DNA of 64,000 bases from Octopus sinensis. Taxonomy: Eukaryota. The stretch covers positions 11,718,001 through 11,782,000 of the forward strand of contig NC_043005.1 of assembly GCF_006345805.1 (NCBI RefSeq), written 5' to 3'. How positions within the stretch are numbered: the stretch's first letter is position 1; each line of letters opens with the position of its first letter. The notes beneath the pieces were generated by a model, which did not search any database, was not told where the DNA came from, and saw only the letters and a list, made by a program, of their open reading frames with translations. Below, piece after piece: positions 25,215 through 37,189 of this stretch. Made by a program: the position numbers and the translations under genes.

Positions 25215-25851
25215 CCTGATGCAGTATCACGCAGTGGCTATTCCCTGATGCAGTACCAGGCAGTGGCTATACCTGATGCAGTACAAGGCAGTGGCTATGC
25301 CCTGATGTAGTACCAGGAAGTGGCTCTCATGGCTTCTGATTTTAACTGAGTGGAAGTGTTATCATGTGCATTGTTTTGTCTTGGTATAAAAGATGGCCTA
25401 CAGCAAATATTCTGCTCAATACCACAGATTTGCTTGTCAGTTGTTTGACCATAACCAGTTGAGCATGTCTCTTACTGGTTGGCGATATGTGCATCTCTGA
25501 TCACGAGCAGAAGTAGTGGGGGAGCATCATAACCATGTATCGAGAGGGATTCTTCGGGGTTTGAATAATTCACCTTTGGAAACATGGGTGGTTCGTTCAA
25601 CATCCTTATACAACCCATATTCAGGGAAAATTTTAGCGGGATGGGTTACTCCACCAGAAGAAAATTCTAACTGGGTCTCACCTGCAAGGTCATGTGCTGT
25701 TTATCTTGATATGGGATCACCATGTCATGCAGATATGGTTGTGATGCATGTGCCTAGAGTACCCTTAACAGACGGGTAGTCATGATGGGTATACTCGGCT
25801 TTGTATATTTTACCAAGTGTCACTTTGATGGCATGCACTGCTCTCAAACTC
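25215..25851 (+). mobile_element. Family F non-coding element, full length, with four tandem 27-28-bp units at the 5' end
   Basis: (cctgatgcagtaccaggcagtggctat) x4, then body to ctctcaaactc; (AAT)n on both sides. Confidence 0.75.
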
Positions 25852-25942
<91 letters not shown>

Positions 25943-25988
25943 TAATAATAATAAATAATAATAATAATAATAATAATATAAATAATAA

Positions 25989-26042
<54 letters not shown>

Positions 26043-26071
26043 AATAATATAATAATAATAATAATAATAAT

Positions 26072-26232
26072 GGCAACAACAATACCAGGCAATGGCTGTC
26101 ATGTCTTCTGATCTTAACTGATTGGAAGTGTTAACGTTTACATGTTTTGGTTGGTGTAAATAATGATCTACAACATATATTTTGCTGATTACCACAGATT
26201 TCCATGTCAGTTGCTTGACCATATCCAGTTGA
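26072..26232 (+). mobile_element. Family F 5' fragment
   Basis: taccaggcaatggctgtcatgtcttctgatcttaactgattggaagtg aligns to 25305 onward. Confidence 0.65.
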
Positions 26233-26582
26233 GCGTGTTGCTTTTTGGGGCTGTGATAACGTGTGTCGAAAGAATTTATGTGGAATAGGCAGCTTATTTA
26301 ACTGAAGTTTGGTATCTAGTAAATTGCTCTGTTCGTAAAAGAATCAAATTATTCACGTTGGGTTTGACCTGTCTGCAAATGATTAGGAAGACCACAGTCC
26401 CACCCAATTAATCTAAGAAGGTTCATCAGATTCTGTTTCATACATTGTTACATACGCAATCGTATATCAATCTATTCTTACGCCCACATAACACAGTGGA
26501 TACTTGGATTCACAGAATCAAGCAGAACACACAGTGTATGCTTATATATATATACATACATATATATATATATTATATATAT

Positions 26583-26619
<37 letters not shown>

Positions 26620-27583
26620 TATATATATATATAATATATATATATATATATCTTTATATGAATGTGTCTATGTGTACATGTATATATGTGTGTGTGTAAC
26701 ACAGGGAAAAAGAGTCACACGCACGCACACATATACATATGCACAGATACAGTGAGGGAGACTGAGTGTATGTGTGTGTGAGTGAGATGGTCAATAATGT
26801 ACAGTAGAATTGATCGTGTGGCTTACCTTAGTAAGACTATATATGTCAAGTGTTCTCAATACTTAACATTACAACACTTGTGTATGTTTAGATGCTTCTA
26901 TTGTAATATCGCCCTTCAGCAGAGATAGTCATCTCCTTATCAAATCGTGCTACATTTTCTGGACACTCAAAAACGAAATACATACTTTTTTTTTAATGAC
27001 TATAGAAGTATCTGTCTATAGAAATATTTGCTACAGAAAAAGTGGCAGTAAATGAGACTCAGATATGTAACGGACGTATCAGTCAAATATACATAGAACC
27101 ATAGGTTTATTTATACTCAAATACAATCATCTACCCACACAGACTCGCGCATAAACATTCACTTATATATTCCCAAACGCATGCATTTACACATGCACAC
27201 ATTCAAATAAACGCTGACACCAATTCGTGTTCTCTTTTACTTACATCTTAGCACACAGAATGCCCTCTCGAAATATACACATGCATAAAAACATACACAT
27301 ACATAAAAACACGCATGCATACATATGTACATTTACACACACGAATATGCACAGAGTGCTCCACAAGACAATACGTACGAGGTACCTTCTCATTTAAGTA
27401 GAAACTGGAGCCAAAATTGAAATCGGTCTAAGAGTCACAGTCACATTCTCACACAAAGGTATGAAGAACATTTTGGACAAGCAACAGTCCATGGTATGTT
27501 AAAAAGGATGAACTGTCACAACTGGCATTCTATTCAGAAACTACAAGACAAAAGCGCAGAAAAAAATACTCGCTACACACAAA

Positions 27584-27660
<77 letters not shown>

Positions 27661-28097
27661 CTATCTCTCTCTCACGTATACACTCACTGACAAACTCTCT
27701 CACTCACCCATATACAGATATATTGAAATTTGATGTACGTCTTTGGCAGAAATTTATGTTTACACTATTATTTCTGATAGTTCCTACATTATTTCAGCGG
27801 TTGGCAGGAAGCGCATGGCCAAGCGCTTATGATGTTAGGTTTAGATACATAATGTCCCTGGCTCGATTCTGGCAACGGCGAGCACATTATGTCATTCGAA
27901 ATGTCATTTGGTATTTCTTGCTCAGCTGAAAGTGAGCGCAAACCAAGTACAGATGTGGTTGTCGTTCTCTCCAGCTCTCACCAACTGGATGTTTCGCTAG
28001 GTCTATGGTTTAAAGGGATCAAGATATTCTCTGGTGTCTCTGTTTGCTCGCGACTAAATAGACAAACAAGCAGATAGACAAACAAGCGGATGTGTTC

Positions 28098-28668
28098 TAT
28101 TGTAATGTTCGGAAAGTTCGTGCTTATTTTTAAAGGAAAGAAAAAGATCAATAAATACTTGCCATTACATTTTTAATAAACCAAATATCAACCATTTTGT
28201 TGCACAATTCATCTCCATCTTTCCTTTAACTTGAAAATACCCTCTTCCCAGAATTGAGGTGGTTTTATGGTAAATAATTTATCAAGGTATCGTTTTACGT
28301 CACCCAAGGAAGTGAAATTTTTACCATTAATACTATTCTGCAGAGACCTGAATAAGTGGAAATCCGAAGGAGCAATATCTGGTGAATATGGAGGGTGGGG
28401 TAAAACATCCCAGCCGAGCTGCTGCAATTTTGGTCTGGTTCCCAAAACATCAAGTGCCGAAAATGACCTTTCTTATCTTCCATTTTCAAGGGTTACAGAA
28501 TTAACACAGGTTATAGGAACATAAACCTTCTTCCACAAAAAAGATAGCTTAAACTGTTCGCTAAATGAAGGTGCAGTGAAATCCTATTTTACGGACTCAA
28601 ACATGTTCTAAAATAAGTCGAAAGGTAAGCTACTATAAATCGGCACGAACTTTCCGGACAACCCAATA
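28098..28668 (-). mobile_element. Internally deleted mariner with both TIRs
   Basis: TIRs TA-ttgtaatgttcggaaagttcgtgc and gcacgaactttccggacaacccaa-TA; N-terminus MEDKKGHFRHLM joined to GTRPKLQQLGWDVLPHPPYSPDIAPSDFHLFRSL..KLKERWR. Confidence 0.9.
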
Positions 28669-28995
28669 ATTACTCTCTTGACAAAGCTTGGCGAACCTGA
28701 TCGTTCATCATATAGGATTCCTTCTCTCAGCATCAATGCTGGAAGCACTTTTGATTCAGTTCAGTTCTTAATCTGCCTCTTCATAATCCTCCATTTTGCA
28801 GTTCTATGATTCGTTATATTCCCCGTAGGTTGGCTGAACAGGTGCTATGCCATTGGCAAATGGTAGCCCTTAGCTGTGCACAAACATTTCCTCATTATTT
28901 AAATAATCTACGACTCCGCATGTCACATAAAATAACAAAGGAAGCGGACAATGTCACGCTGCTCTCAAGAACGAATATGAGCGGTCAGAGAGAGT

Positions 28996-29034
<39 letters not shown>

Positions 29035-29419
29035 AGAAAGAAAGAGAAACAGACAGACAGCAGGGAAAGAAAATAGAGAACGAGAAAGCTTGTAAAATCA
29101 TTAAAAGCTAAAAATAAAATGTATGTGGTGAGTTAGAACACTGACCAAACTATCGGTTGGTCAATGTTCTTCCTCCATGTATTTCTTTTCCTTTTTATTA
29201 TTTTGCACGTTTACTCTACTTGTTCGGTTGCTAGTGTATTATACTTATATATAATAATACCATCATGCGCAGATAATTATGTATCTATGCACACATATAC
29301 AAAGATGCTTCTACGTCGGTTTGGACACAGGGAATTCGGTGGTTAGGTCAACTGAATTCTCTGATCTTTAAAATTGATTTGAAATTTTGGAACAAGGCTA
29401 GCAAGTTCGCAGCAACGGA

Positions 29420-29790
29420 AAGGTAGATTTCATCGACATCGGTGCTCAACTAGTAGTCTTTTTTTTTATCGAAACTCGGAGGGACGAAAAGCAAAGTCGA
29501 TCTCAGGGTGATTTGACCTCAGAACGTAAAGACGGACGGAATGTCACTAAACATTTTGGCGGGTGTGCTAACGATTCCTTTTTTACTCTAGGCACAAGGT
29601 CCGAAGTTTTTTGAGGGAGGGAGCCAGTCGATTAGATCGACCCCTATACGCAACTGGTACTTGATTTATCGACCCCGAAGGGATGAAAGGCAAAGTCGAC
29701 CTCGGCGGAATTTGAAGGTAAAGACAGACGAAATACTGCTAAGCATTTCGCCCGGTGTGCCAATGTTTCTGCCGGCTCGCCGCCTTTCTT
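29420..29790 (-). mobile_element. Two adjacent SINE family A copies
   Basis: Heads near 29570 and 29785; bodies ggatgaaaggcaaagtcgacctcggcggaatttg. Confidence 0.7.
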
Positions 29791-29872
29791 TGCTCCTTGA
29801 ATTAACATGTACGTGAGTGAGTATTTCACAGCAATGTGCACTCTTAATGAAATCCTCAGCAAATATATATAG

Positions 29873-29950
29873 AGGGGCAAAATGTCATTTTTCAAAAATT
29901 TGTCTGGATTTCTTTTTATCATTGTCTTGTGTGTGTGTGTGTGTGTGAGA

Positions 29951-29999
<49 letters not shown>

Positions 30000-30410
30000 T
30001 GTGTGTGTGTGTGTGTATGTGCGAGCGTGTGTGTGGGTGTCTGTGTATCTGAAAGTAGTGTCAAATGGAAAATCGAATAAAAGGAAGGAGGAGGAGAGAA
30101 GGAACAAAAAAATGTGTTTAGATTTTTGCAGCTGGTCAGTCTTTCAATAGTAAATGATTCTTGGCTTTTAGAAACAGTAAACCCAGCTGCTCACTTTAAG
30201 GGGAACAAAATGTCACATCTCAAAAAATTGCCTGGAATTCTATTTATCATTGTTTTGTGAGAGAGAGTGTGTGTGTTTATGTGTGTGTGCACGTGTGTGT
30301 GAGTGCCTGTGTATCTGAAAGGGTTGTCGATGGAGAAGGGAAGAAAGAAGAAAGAGAGGAAGAAGAAATAATTGTGTTGACATTTATACCACTGTTCACT
30401 TCTTACAATT
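29873..30410. repeat. Diverged tandem unit (period about 328) with internal (GT)n(GA)n; inverted copy at 31782-31930
   Basis: caaaatgtca at 29878 and 30206; gtgtatctgaaag at 30043 and 30309; 30120-30190 is the reverse complement of about 31782-31850. Confidence 0.6.
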
Positions 30411-30492
30411 CAATGTTTGATTCCTGTGCTGATACGGTCAGGAGAATCTGGATAAAAGATTGTTTTATTTTTGTATATGTGCATATGTGTAG

Positions 30493-30529
<37 letters not shown>

Positions 30530-30539
30530 TTTGTGTGTG

Positions 30540-31712
30540 TGTTTAATACAATTTACTTTACAAAATTGGTCCTTCATCTAGTACAAATTATTATAGAAAT
30601 ATTTCAATTTGGGGGAGAATTTTGTTATGAGATATTTTTCCATATTTCTCCTGAAGGAGGTGTCATTCTCTGGACATTTGTAGAAGGGAAATATCTTAAA
30701 TTTTCCTTATCCACATGTAGCTAGGTGTTTACTCAGTGGAATCTTTCGCAGTTCATCCTGTCGGACATGTTGTCGGTGAATCCTGGCTCGTTGGCATAAA
30801 GAATTTTCAGTTTCACCTATATAATTCTCCTTGCATGTGGGGCAGGTTATGCAGTATATTACGTTCTGCGTCTTGCAGTTCATGTCTGCATTTACTTTGA
30901 ATATGTGACCACTCTTAAATTTGATTTGTTTATCTCCCTCTATATATTTCAAGGTGGGGTTATTGCAGAGCCCACATCTACCATTTCTACACTCTTTTAC
31001 AAAGAATTCGGTTTTGTTTCTGATAAGAATTTCGCTCTTGTTAGTTGTTTATCCAGGTTTTTGTCTTGTCATTTACTGTTTTTATGCAATATTTGTTTAA
31101 TATGTTTCCCATTTTGGGGCTTTGTATGATGTTTTTTTAGTTTCTCGTTTTTGGAGTTCTGAGTTGTGTGATGTACAGTTTCAGTGCTCTTGAAATTCCA
31201 TTATTTATTAGTTTGAGTGGGTATTTTTGTTCTAGTAGGAAGTTTGTAAGTTCATTTAGTCTTATTTGGCGTGTTTGTGAGTCGGTTACTATGCTACATA
31301 TGCGTCTTGCCATACTATATGGGATGTTTTTTTGTATGTTGCATGGGTGGCAGGAGTAGAAATTTAAATATTGGTGTGTGTCGTTTTTTTTTGTAGTGGA
31401 TGTCTGTTGAGATGATGGAGTTGTGTATCTTGATGTTGATGTCTAGGAAAGGAAGTTCGTTGTGGCTTGTATCTTTCATGAAGTTGATATATGGGTGTAG
31501 TATGTTGAGGATGTTGCGGAATGTTCGTAGATCTTCTTCTGATCTGTTCCAAAAGATGAAGCAGTCATCGAGGTAGCGTTTCCACTTTTTCTTGATGTCT
31601 TCTCTGAAGTCATGTTCGAAGACTTTCCCTATTTCATCGTATAGTTTTTTCTCAAGGAAACCCATCACAATGTTGGCACATGAAGGTGCGAATTTTGTAC
31701 CCATAGCTGTTT
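30540..31712 (-). mobile_element. Penelope-like element, 5'-truncated: RT plus GIY-YIG endonuclease (pseudogenised)
   Basis: TAMGTKFAP, WKRYLDDCFIFW, LPFLDI (PLE RT); CRNGRCGLC and NVIYCITCPTCKENYIGET..R..H..SKHL (GIY-YIG with CCHH); stops and frameshifts. Confidence 0.92.
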
Positions 31713-32209
31713 GAGGAATACAATTATGAAGTGGCTTAGTTGCTGTGTTGTCAACTGGGGCCCTGCACTACTGGTGTGACTAGCTGGGTTTGCCATTTAT
31801 AAAAGCCAAGAATCATTTACTATTGAAAGACTGACTAGCTGCAAAGATATCAACAAGAATTTTTTTCTTCTTTCTCTCCTTTTTCCTTTGCTTCTCACTT
31901 TCTTTAACACCTCTTTCAGATACAAACACATACACACGCTCTCTCTCAATTTTCCCCCATTCCTCACCCTCTTGTACTATATTATATCTCTCCCCATTCT
32001 ACACACACAATAATACTATAAAAAGAGACAAAATTCCTGCAAAAGTTCAATTTGACAACTCCACTAGAGTGGACGAAAGCGCTATGATATGATATATGAT
32101 TTATTAAAACATGTGACATACTAATAAATATATGTAAATATAAAACCATCCAGATTTCTGAGTACTTCATTTCTTCTAATATATAATACCTGTAATTCAT
32201 CTCCAAACC

Positions 32210-32263
<54 letters not shown>

Positions 32264-32449
32264 CATTATTCAAGCATACATATATTCATACACTCATACA
32301 TACACATATTCATTCGCACACATATACACATATATCCATTCATATATTTTCATGTATATTGTATGTCTCTGCACATACCTCTGTTTTTAAATTTTGTATG
32401 TGTGTGTGTGTATGTTTGTGTATGTGTATGTATATGCATATTTTTGTAT

Positions 32450-32749
32450 ATATGTTTGCATATATACACATATGCATACATATATGATTGTGTGTGTGTA
32501 TGTACTTGTATGTGTATGTATATGTATAGATTTGTATATATGTGTGCATATATACACATATGCATACATATATGATTGTGTGTGTGTATGTACTTGTATG
32601 TGTATGTATATGTATAGATTTGTATATATGTGTGCATATATACACATATGCATACATATATGATTGTGTGTGTGTATGTACTTGTATGTGTATGTATATG
32701 TATAGATTTGTATATATGTGTGCATATATACACATATGCATACATATAT
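32450..32749. repeat. 88-bp higher-order minisatellite, about 3.3 near-perfect copies
   Basis: tatatacacatatgcatacatatatga at 32461, 32549, 32637 and 32725. Confidence 0.9.
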
Positions 32750-33614
32750 GAGTGTGCGTGTGTATCGAGGGAGAGAGAGAGAGAGAAAGAGAGTGAGAGA
32801 GAGGGAGACAGACACAGATAGAGAGAGAAATTGTTATACACAGTTCTTTTTTCATATTTTGAAATGTATATATCTGTATGTCTCTATAAGAGTGCGTGTG
32901 TGTGTGTATGGCTATGGGCATATGTATGTGAGTGTATGCGTGTGTTTATTCACTAGAAATATGTGACGTTCATCGATTCATATACACTGCACACGCATTG
33001 CACATCTACATTGTACACATTTCCTATGTAGACATAAGCCAGTCTTTAACGTCACAGTGTATGTATAACATTGAAAGTTTAGCACAAAGTAGGTACAGAC
33101 ACACAAAACACCTGCAGATAAAAGAGATGGGACTTGGCAATTATTACTGCATATTGCAGTATAAACTCACCCATTCGGAAATATTAAAGAGTCTTCTCAC
33201 CTTCTTTCTCATCTATATAGTTGTAGACAGTAAACGAAACGATATATCTAAATATACACTTACATGCGTAAATACACATGCACACATATACACACGGTCA
33301 CGCAGGCGTATGTAAAAAATATTTATGTATTTATGTATCATAAACGTACCTTGGCATTCGTATGGACAAGTGTGTATGTATATGTGTGTGTATGGATATG
33401 TGTGTATGTATATAGGTGAGTGCCCGCCTGTAAGTGTGAGAGTGTTCCTGTCTGTATACGTGTGTTTGTTTATATGTTTGCCTCTGAGTATAATTGATCT
33501 TGTTTATACGCAGAATGGTTAAATATTTACCTTCGTGTAGTGTGAGATTGAGATGGAAGGGAGTTTGGAAAATTGTTGGCTATTAATATATTATACTGTA
33601 TATATGTATATATA

Positions 33615-33678
<64 letters not shown>

Positions 33679-33686
33679 ATATATAT

Positions 33687-33736
<50 letters not shown>

Positions 33737-33761
33737 TATATGTATATATATATCTATATAT

Positions 33762-33803
<42 letters not shown>

Positions 33804-34460
33804 TTAATATATCTCTGCATTGCACACAGTGTATATATGATATGAATGTATGCATATATATATATATGCACAAACACACACAACATATATGTATGTACTT
33901 ACATATGTATATATATACATGTATATATACATACGTACTCACATACATACATACATAGATGCATGCATATATAAATGCACACATATATACACACACACAA
34001 ACCGTAACGTAGCAGCTGGATAAGCAGGAAACTTAAGTAGGTTGATGAAAATATAAACTGAAGTTTTTGGTTCGTTTATATAGGTGAAATTACCTGTGTT
34101 TATGTGTGCGTATATGGTTTTTTGTGGGTATGTGAATGTTCATGTGTGGGTGTGTAAATGTGCGTGTGCACACACATACACATACACATCTATGTATATG
34201 TACGTGTATGCGTGCGTTGTCGTTGTTGTTGTTTGCCTGTATAACTCAAAGGTACACAGAACCTTCTTATGGAATATAGATCTCAGTGGGAAGGTATTCT
34301 CTGACAGTATTCTCTTAGTATATAATTCAATAATAAAGTCACTCTCTGTCTGATGCAAACATTATTATTAGTAATACTTAATCCTACTTAAAGAGGTTTA
34401 CTGCAGTAGATGCCATGAGAAAAATTCTCATATAGGCTTTTGGCGTAAAATGCTGATGTT

Positions 34461-35090
34461 CTATATATTGCTGGTGAGGAGATGAGTCGCTGCAACCTCT
34501 ATGACTTGCTACAATCTCTAGCGGTCGAGCGTCCGTCATTGATGAGAAAAAGGAAGATTGAAATTACGTGATCTCGTGGTCTCGGCGCTAGAGGTGGAGG
34601 TAAGTTAGCGATATAAATAAGCGTGCATTTTGCACAAAATCCAGTATGAGAGTTTCTTTCTTGATATCTGCCACAGTAAAATTTGTCTTAACAGGACATC
34701 TACGTTTAAGCAGGAATAAATATGACCTCTTGGTATTAAAACTCCCTCTATCACTAATATATGTTTTTTAGAAAGCTGACTGATAAATCACCCCACCAGT
34801 GCCTGTTCAGGCACTTATTTCCTGTATATCGCTGGCGGGTTGCTGCTGTCTCGAACGGTCGAGCGTCAATCAATGACAAGACCAAGGAAAGTCGAAAGTA
34901 CACGATCTGGGGTTGGTGGAGATTTATCTCTCCACTAACGATATAAACAGGTGTGCATTTTGCACCAAAATCTTCTGTAACAGCTTCTCTCGTGGTATCT
35001 ATTGCAGTGTCAGTTATAACAGAACATCCCCGTTTGATTGGGAATAAATATTTTCTCTTGATATTAATATTGCCTCTATCGTTAATATAT
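34461..35090 (+). mobile_element. Old tandem dimer (period 334) with a decayed hammerhead in each unit
   Basis: cggtcgagcgtc at 34522 and 34856; TTGATGA-GAA..ATT-GAAA (34539-34563) and ATGACAA-GAC caaggaaa GTC-GAAAGTACAC-GAT (34873-34906). Confidence 0.6.
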
Positions 35091-35400
35091 ATTATTATTA
35101 GTGCTTAGCTTTAAAATCATAATTCTTTCTCTCTTCCCTGATTTCGCTGTACAAACATATTTCTGTACCTTTGTGCATATATAATCAATGTACAGTCTTG
35201 ATTCATTGAATATATATATATATATATATATATAACTCTAATATAGGATAAGATTTTTCGAACAAAATTCTATCAATGGGCAGCATATCAAAAAAAACCT
35301 TTAAAGGTTAAATTTATAAACATTTTATAAGTATGGGCAAAAGAAAAAATTTCTAATGCCAAAATATGCCGAAAATAGACACAACGTGAATAACCATGTA

Positions 35401-35524
35401 ATTTATCACTACAAGCACGCGTTTCGAAGAAAGCCGACAGAAATTTCTAAAAATCCCGTTATTACCATATCGGACCCGATTTCAGAGTTAGTTCATAAGA
35501 GCCTTCCCTTCATCAGTGATAAAT
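35401..35524 (-). ncRNA. Type I hammerhead ribozyme HHR-5 (long loop II, 1-nt register anomaly)
   Basis: Minus strand: ATTTATCA-CTGATGA-AGGGAAGGCT[64 nt]GGCTTTCTTC-GAAAC-GCGTGCTT-GTA-G-TGATAAAT. 8-bp helix I; (TA)n about 170 nt downstream. Confidence 0.65.
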
Positions 35525-35599
35525 GTGGCAAAGAAATAAGTGAAATACTTACTTATATCCATGGGAGAATACTCTTCTCTACTCTAAGTACAAGGCCCA

Positions 35600-36130
35600 T
35601 AATTTTGGGAGAAGGCCAGTCATTTAGGTCGACCTCAGTACGCAACTCGTACTTACTTTATCGTTCCCGAAAGGATGAAAGGCAAAATCTATTTCGGCTG
35701 AATTTGAAATCAGAATATAAAGACAGACGAAATACCTATTTCTTTACTACCCACGAGGGGCTAAACACAGAGAGGACAAACAAGGACAGACAAACGGATT
35801 AAGTCGATTATATCGACCCTAGTGCGTAACTGGTACTTATTTAATCGACCCCGAAAGTATGAAAGGCAAAGTTGACCTCGGCGGAATTTGAACTCAGAAC
35901 GTAACGGCAGACGAAATACCTATTTCTTTACTACCCATAAGGGGCTAAACACAGAGAGGAAAAACAAGGCCAGACAAACGGATTAAGTCGATTATATCGA
36001 CCCCAGTGCGTAACTGGTACTTATTTAATCGACCCCGAAAGGATGAAAGGCAAAGTCGACCTCGGCGGAATTTGAACTCAGAACGTAACGGCTACGCATT
36101 TCGCCCGGCGTACTAACGTTTCTGCCAGCT
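35600..36130 (-). mobile_element. SINE family A, head plus about three body units
   Basis: aatacctatttctttactaccc at 35731 and 35915 (period 184). Confidence 0.85.
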
Positions 36131-37189
36131 CATACTAAGATAATACTATCAGAATTACTCTTCACACCGAGATATATGTTCCATAAGAAGGTTCTGTGTA
36201 CCTTTGAGTTATACAACGAAAACAACAACAACACACGCAGACACATAATACGTACACATGGACACCTTATCGGTTGTTTTGCGCTTGTATTTGTAACATT
36301 TTCGTTTCATATTTGCTGCGAGTTCTCTTTCCTCACTCAATACTCACAACAAAGACACATTTTCAGTGAATCACTTTGCCACCCACTCTAGCCAACTGCT
36401 TGTTGAATTCAGTGAATTCCCTCAGGACGGTCAATTACGATTATTAAAGCTAAAACAACTGATTTGATCACATTTACGTGAGAAAATTGGACTGTGGAAA
36501 GTATTCGTTTGAAGATTTAGCTTCAAAAGAATTACTAAATAATCAGTATTTATTTAGTACTCATTTCTTTTTTGTATTCCTCAGTATTGTTCAACACACA
36601 CACACACTTACGCACACACACGCACATACGCACGCATGCACACACGCATGGACTCACACACACAGACTCACAGACGCTCACACGCACGCACACACACACA
36701 CACACATATGCGTGCGCGTGATTATGACTATGTAGCCGTTGATGCGGGTGTATACACACATCTAAATATACATGAATACAGAGATCTATACATACATATG
36801 CGTCTATGAATGTATCTATGTGTATGTACACACACACAGACATATATATATATATATATATATTAACTCAGGCACAACAATAGCAATCTCAGTCAAATGC
36901 GTTCAGTCTATACGACCGACAACAATACTCGACTGGAAATAGTGAGGAAAGTTTAAGTTGATCTTGGCGGGAATTGAAACCACGATGTAATGACCATCGC
37001 TGGTGAGAGTGATCACTCCAGTAGCCACACCATTATATCCTTATCCGCTACAGAGTTTATTCCTGTCTGAGATACCAGCATCCGGTCAGGAAGAATTAGA
37101 GAGAAAAGGCCAATGGAGAGACCGTTATATTCTCCTAGCTGAAATTCGCACATTTCGTTATAGGTTGTCGAGAGAACATGTTGAACCAG

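Noticed and set aside
25215-25330. Array of 27-28-bp repeats that could look CRISPR-like
   Set aside because: No unique spacers, eukaryotic context and no cas genes.
26341-26433. CTGATGA-ACCT...AGGT-CAAAC on the minus strand
   Set aside because: G12 is missing and helix I/III register is inconsistent.
34038-34096. TAGG-TTGATGA..GAAATTA-CCTG candidate hammerhead
   Set aside because: Needs a C3U variant, a bulged helix II base and essentially no helix III; an alternative AGGT/ACCT hairpin explains part of it. May be chance.
35356-35802. 148-aa ORF
   Set aside because: Composite of the antisense of HHR-5 and a SINE-A array; no protein motif.
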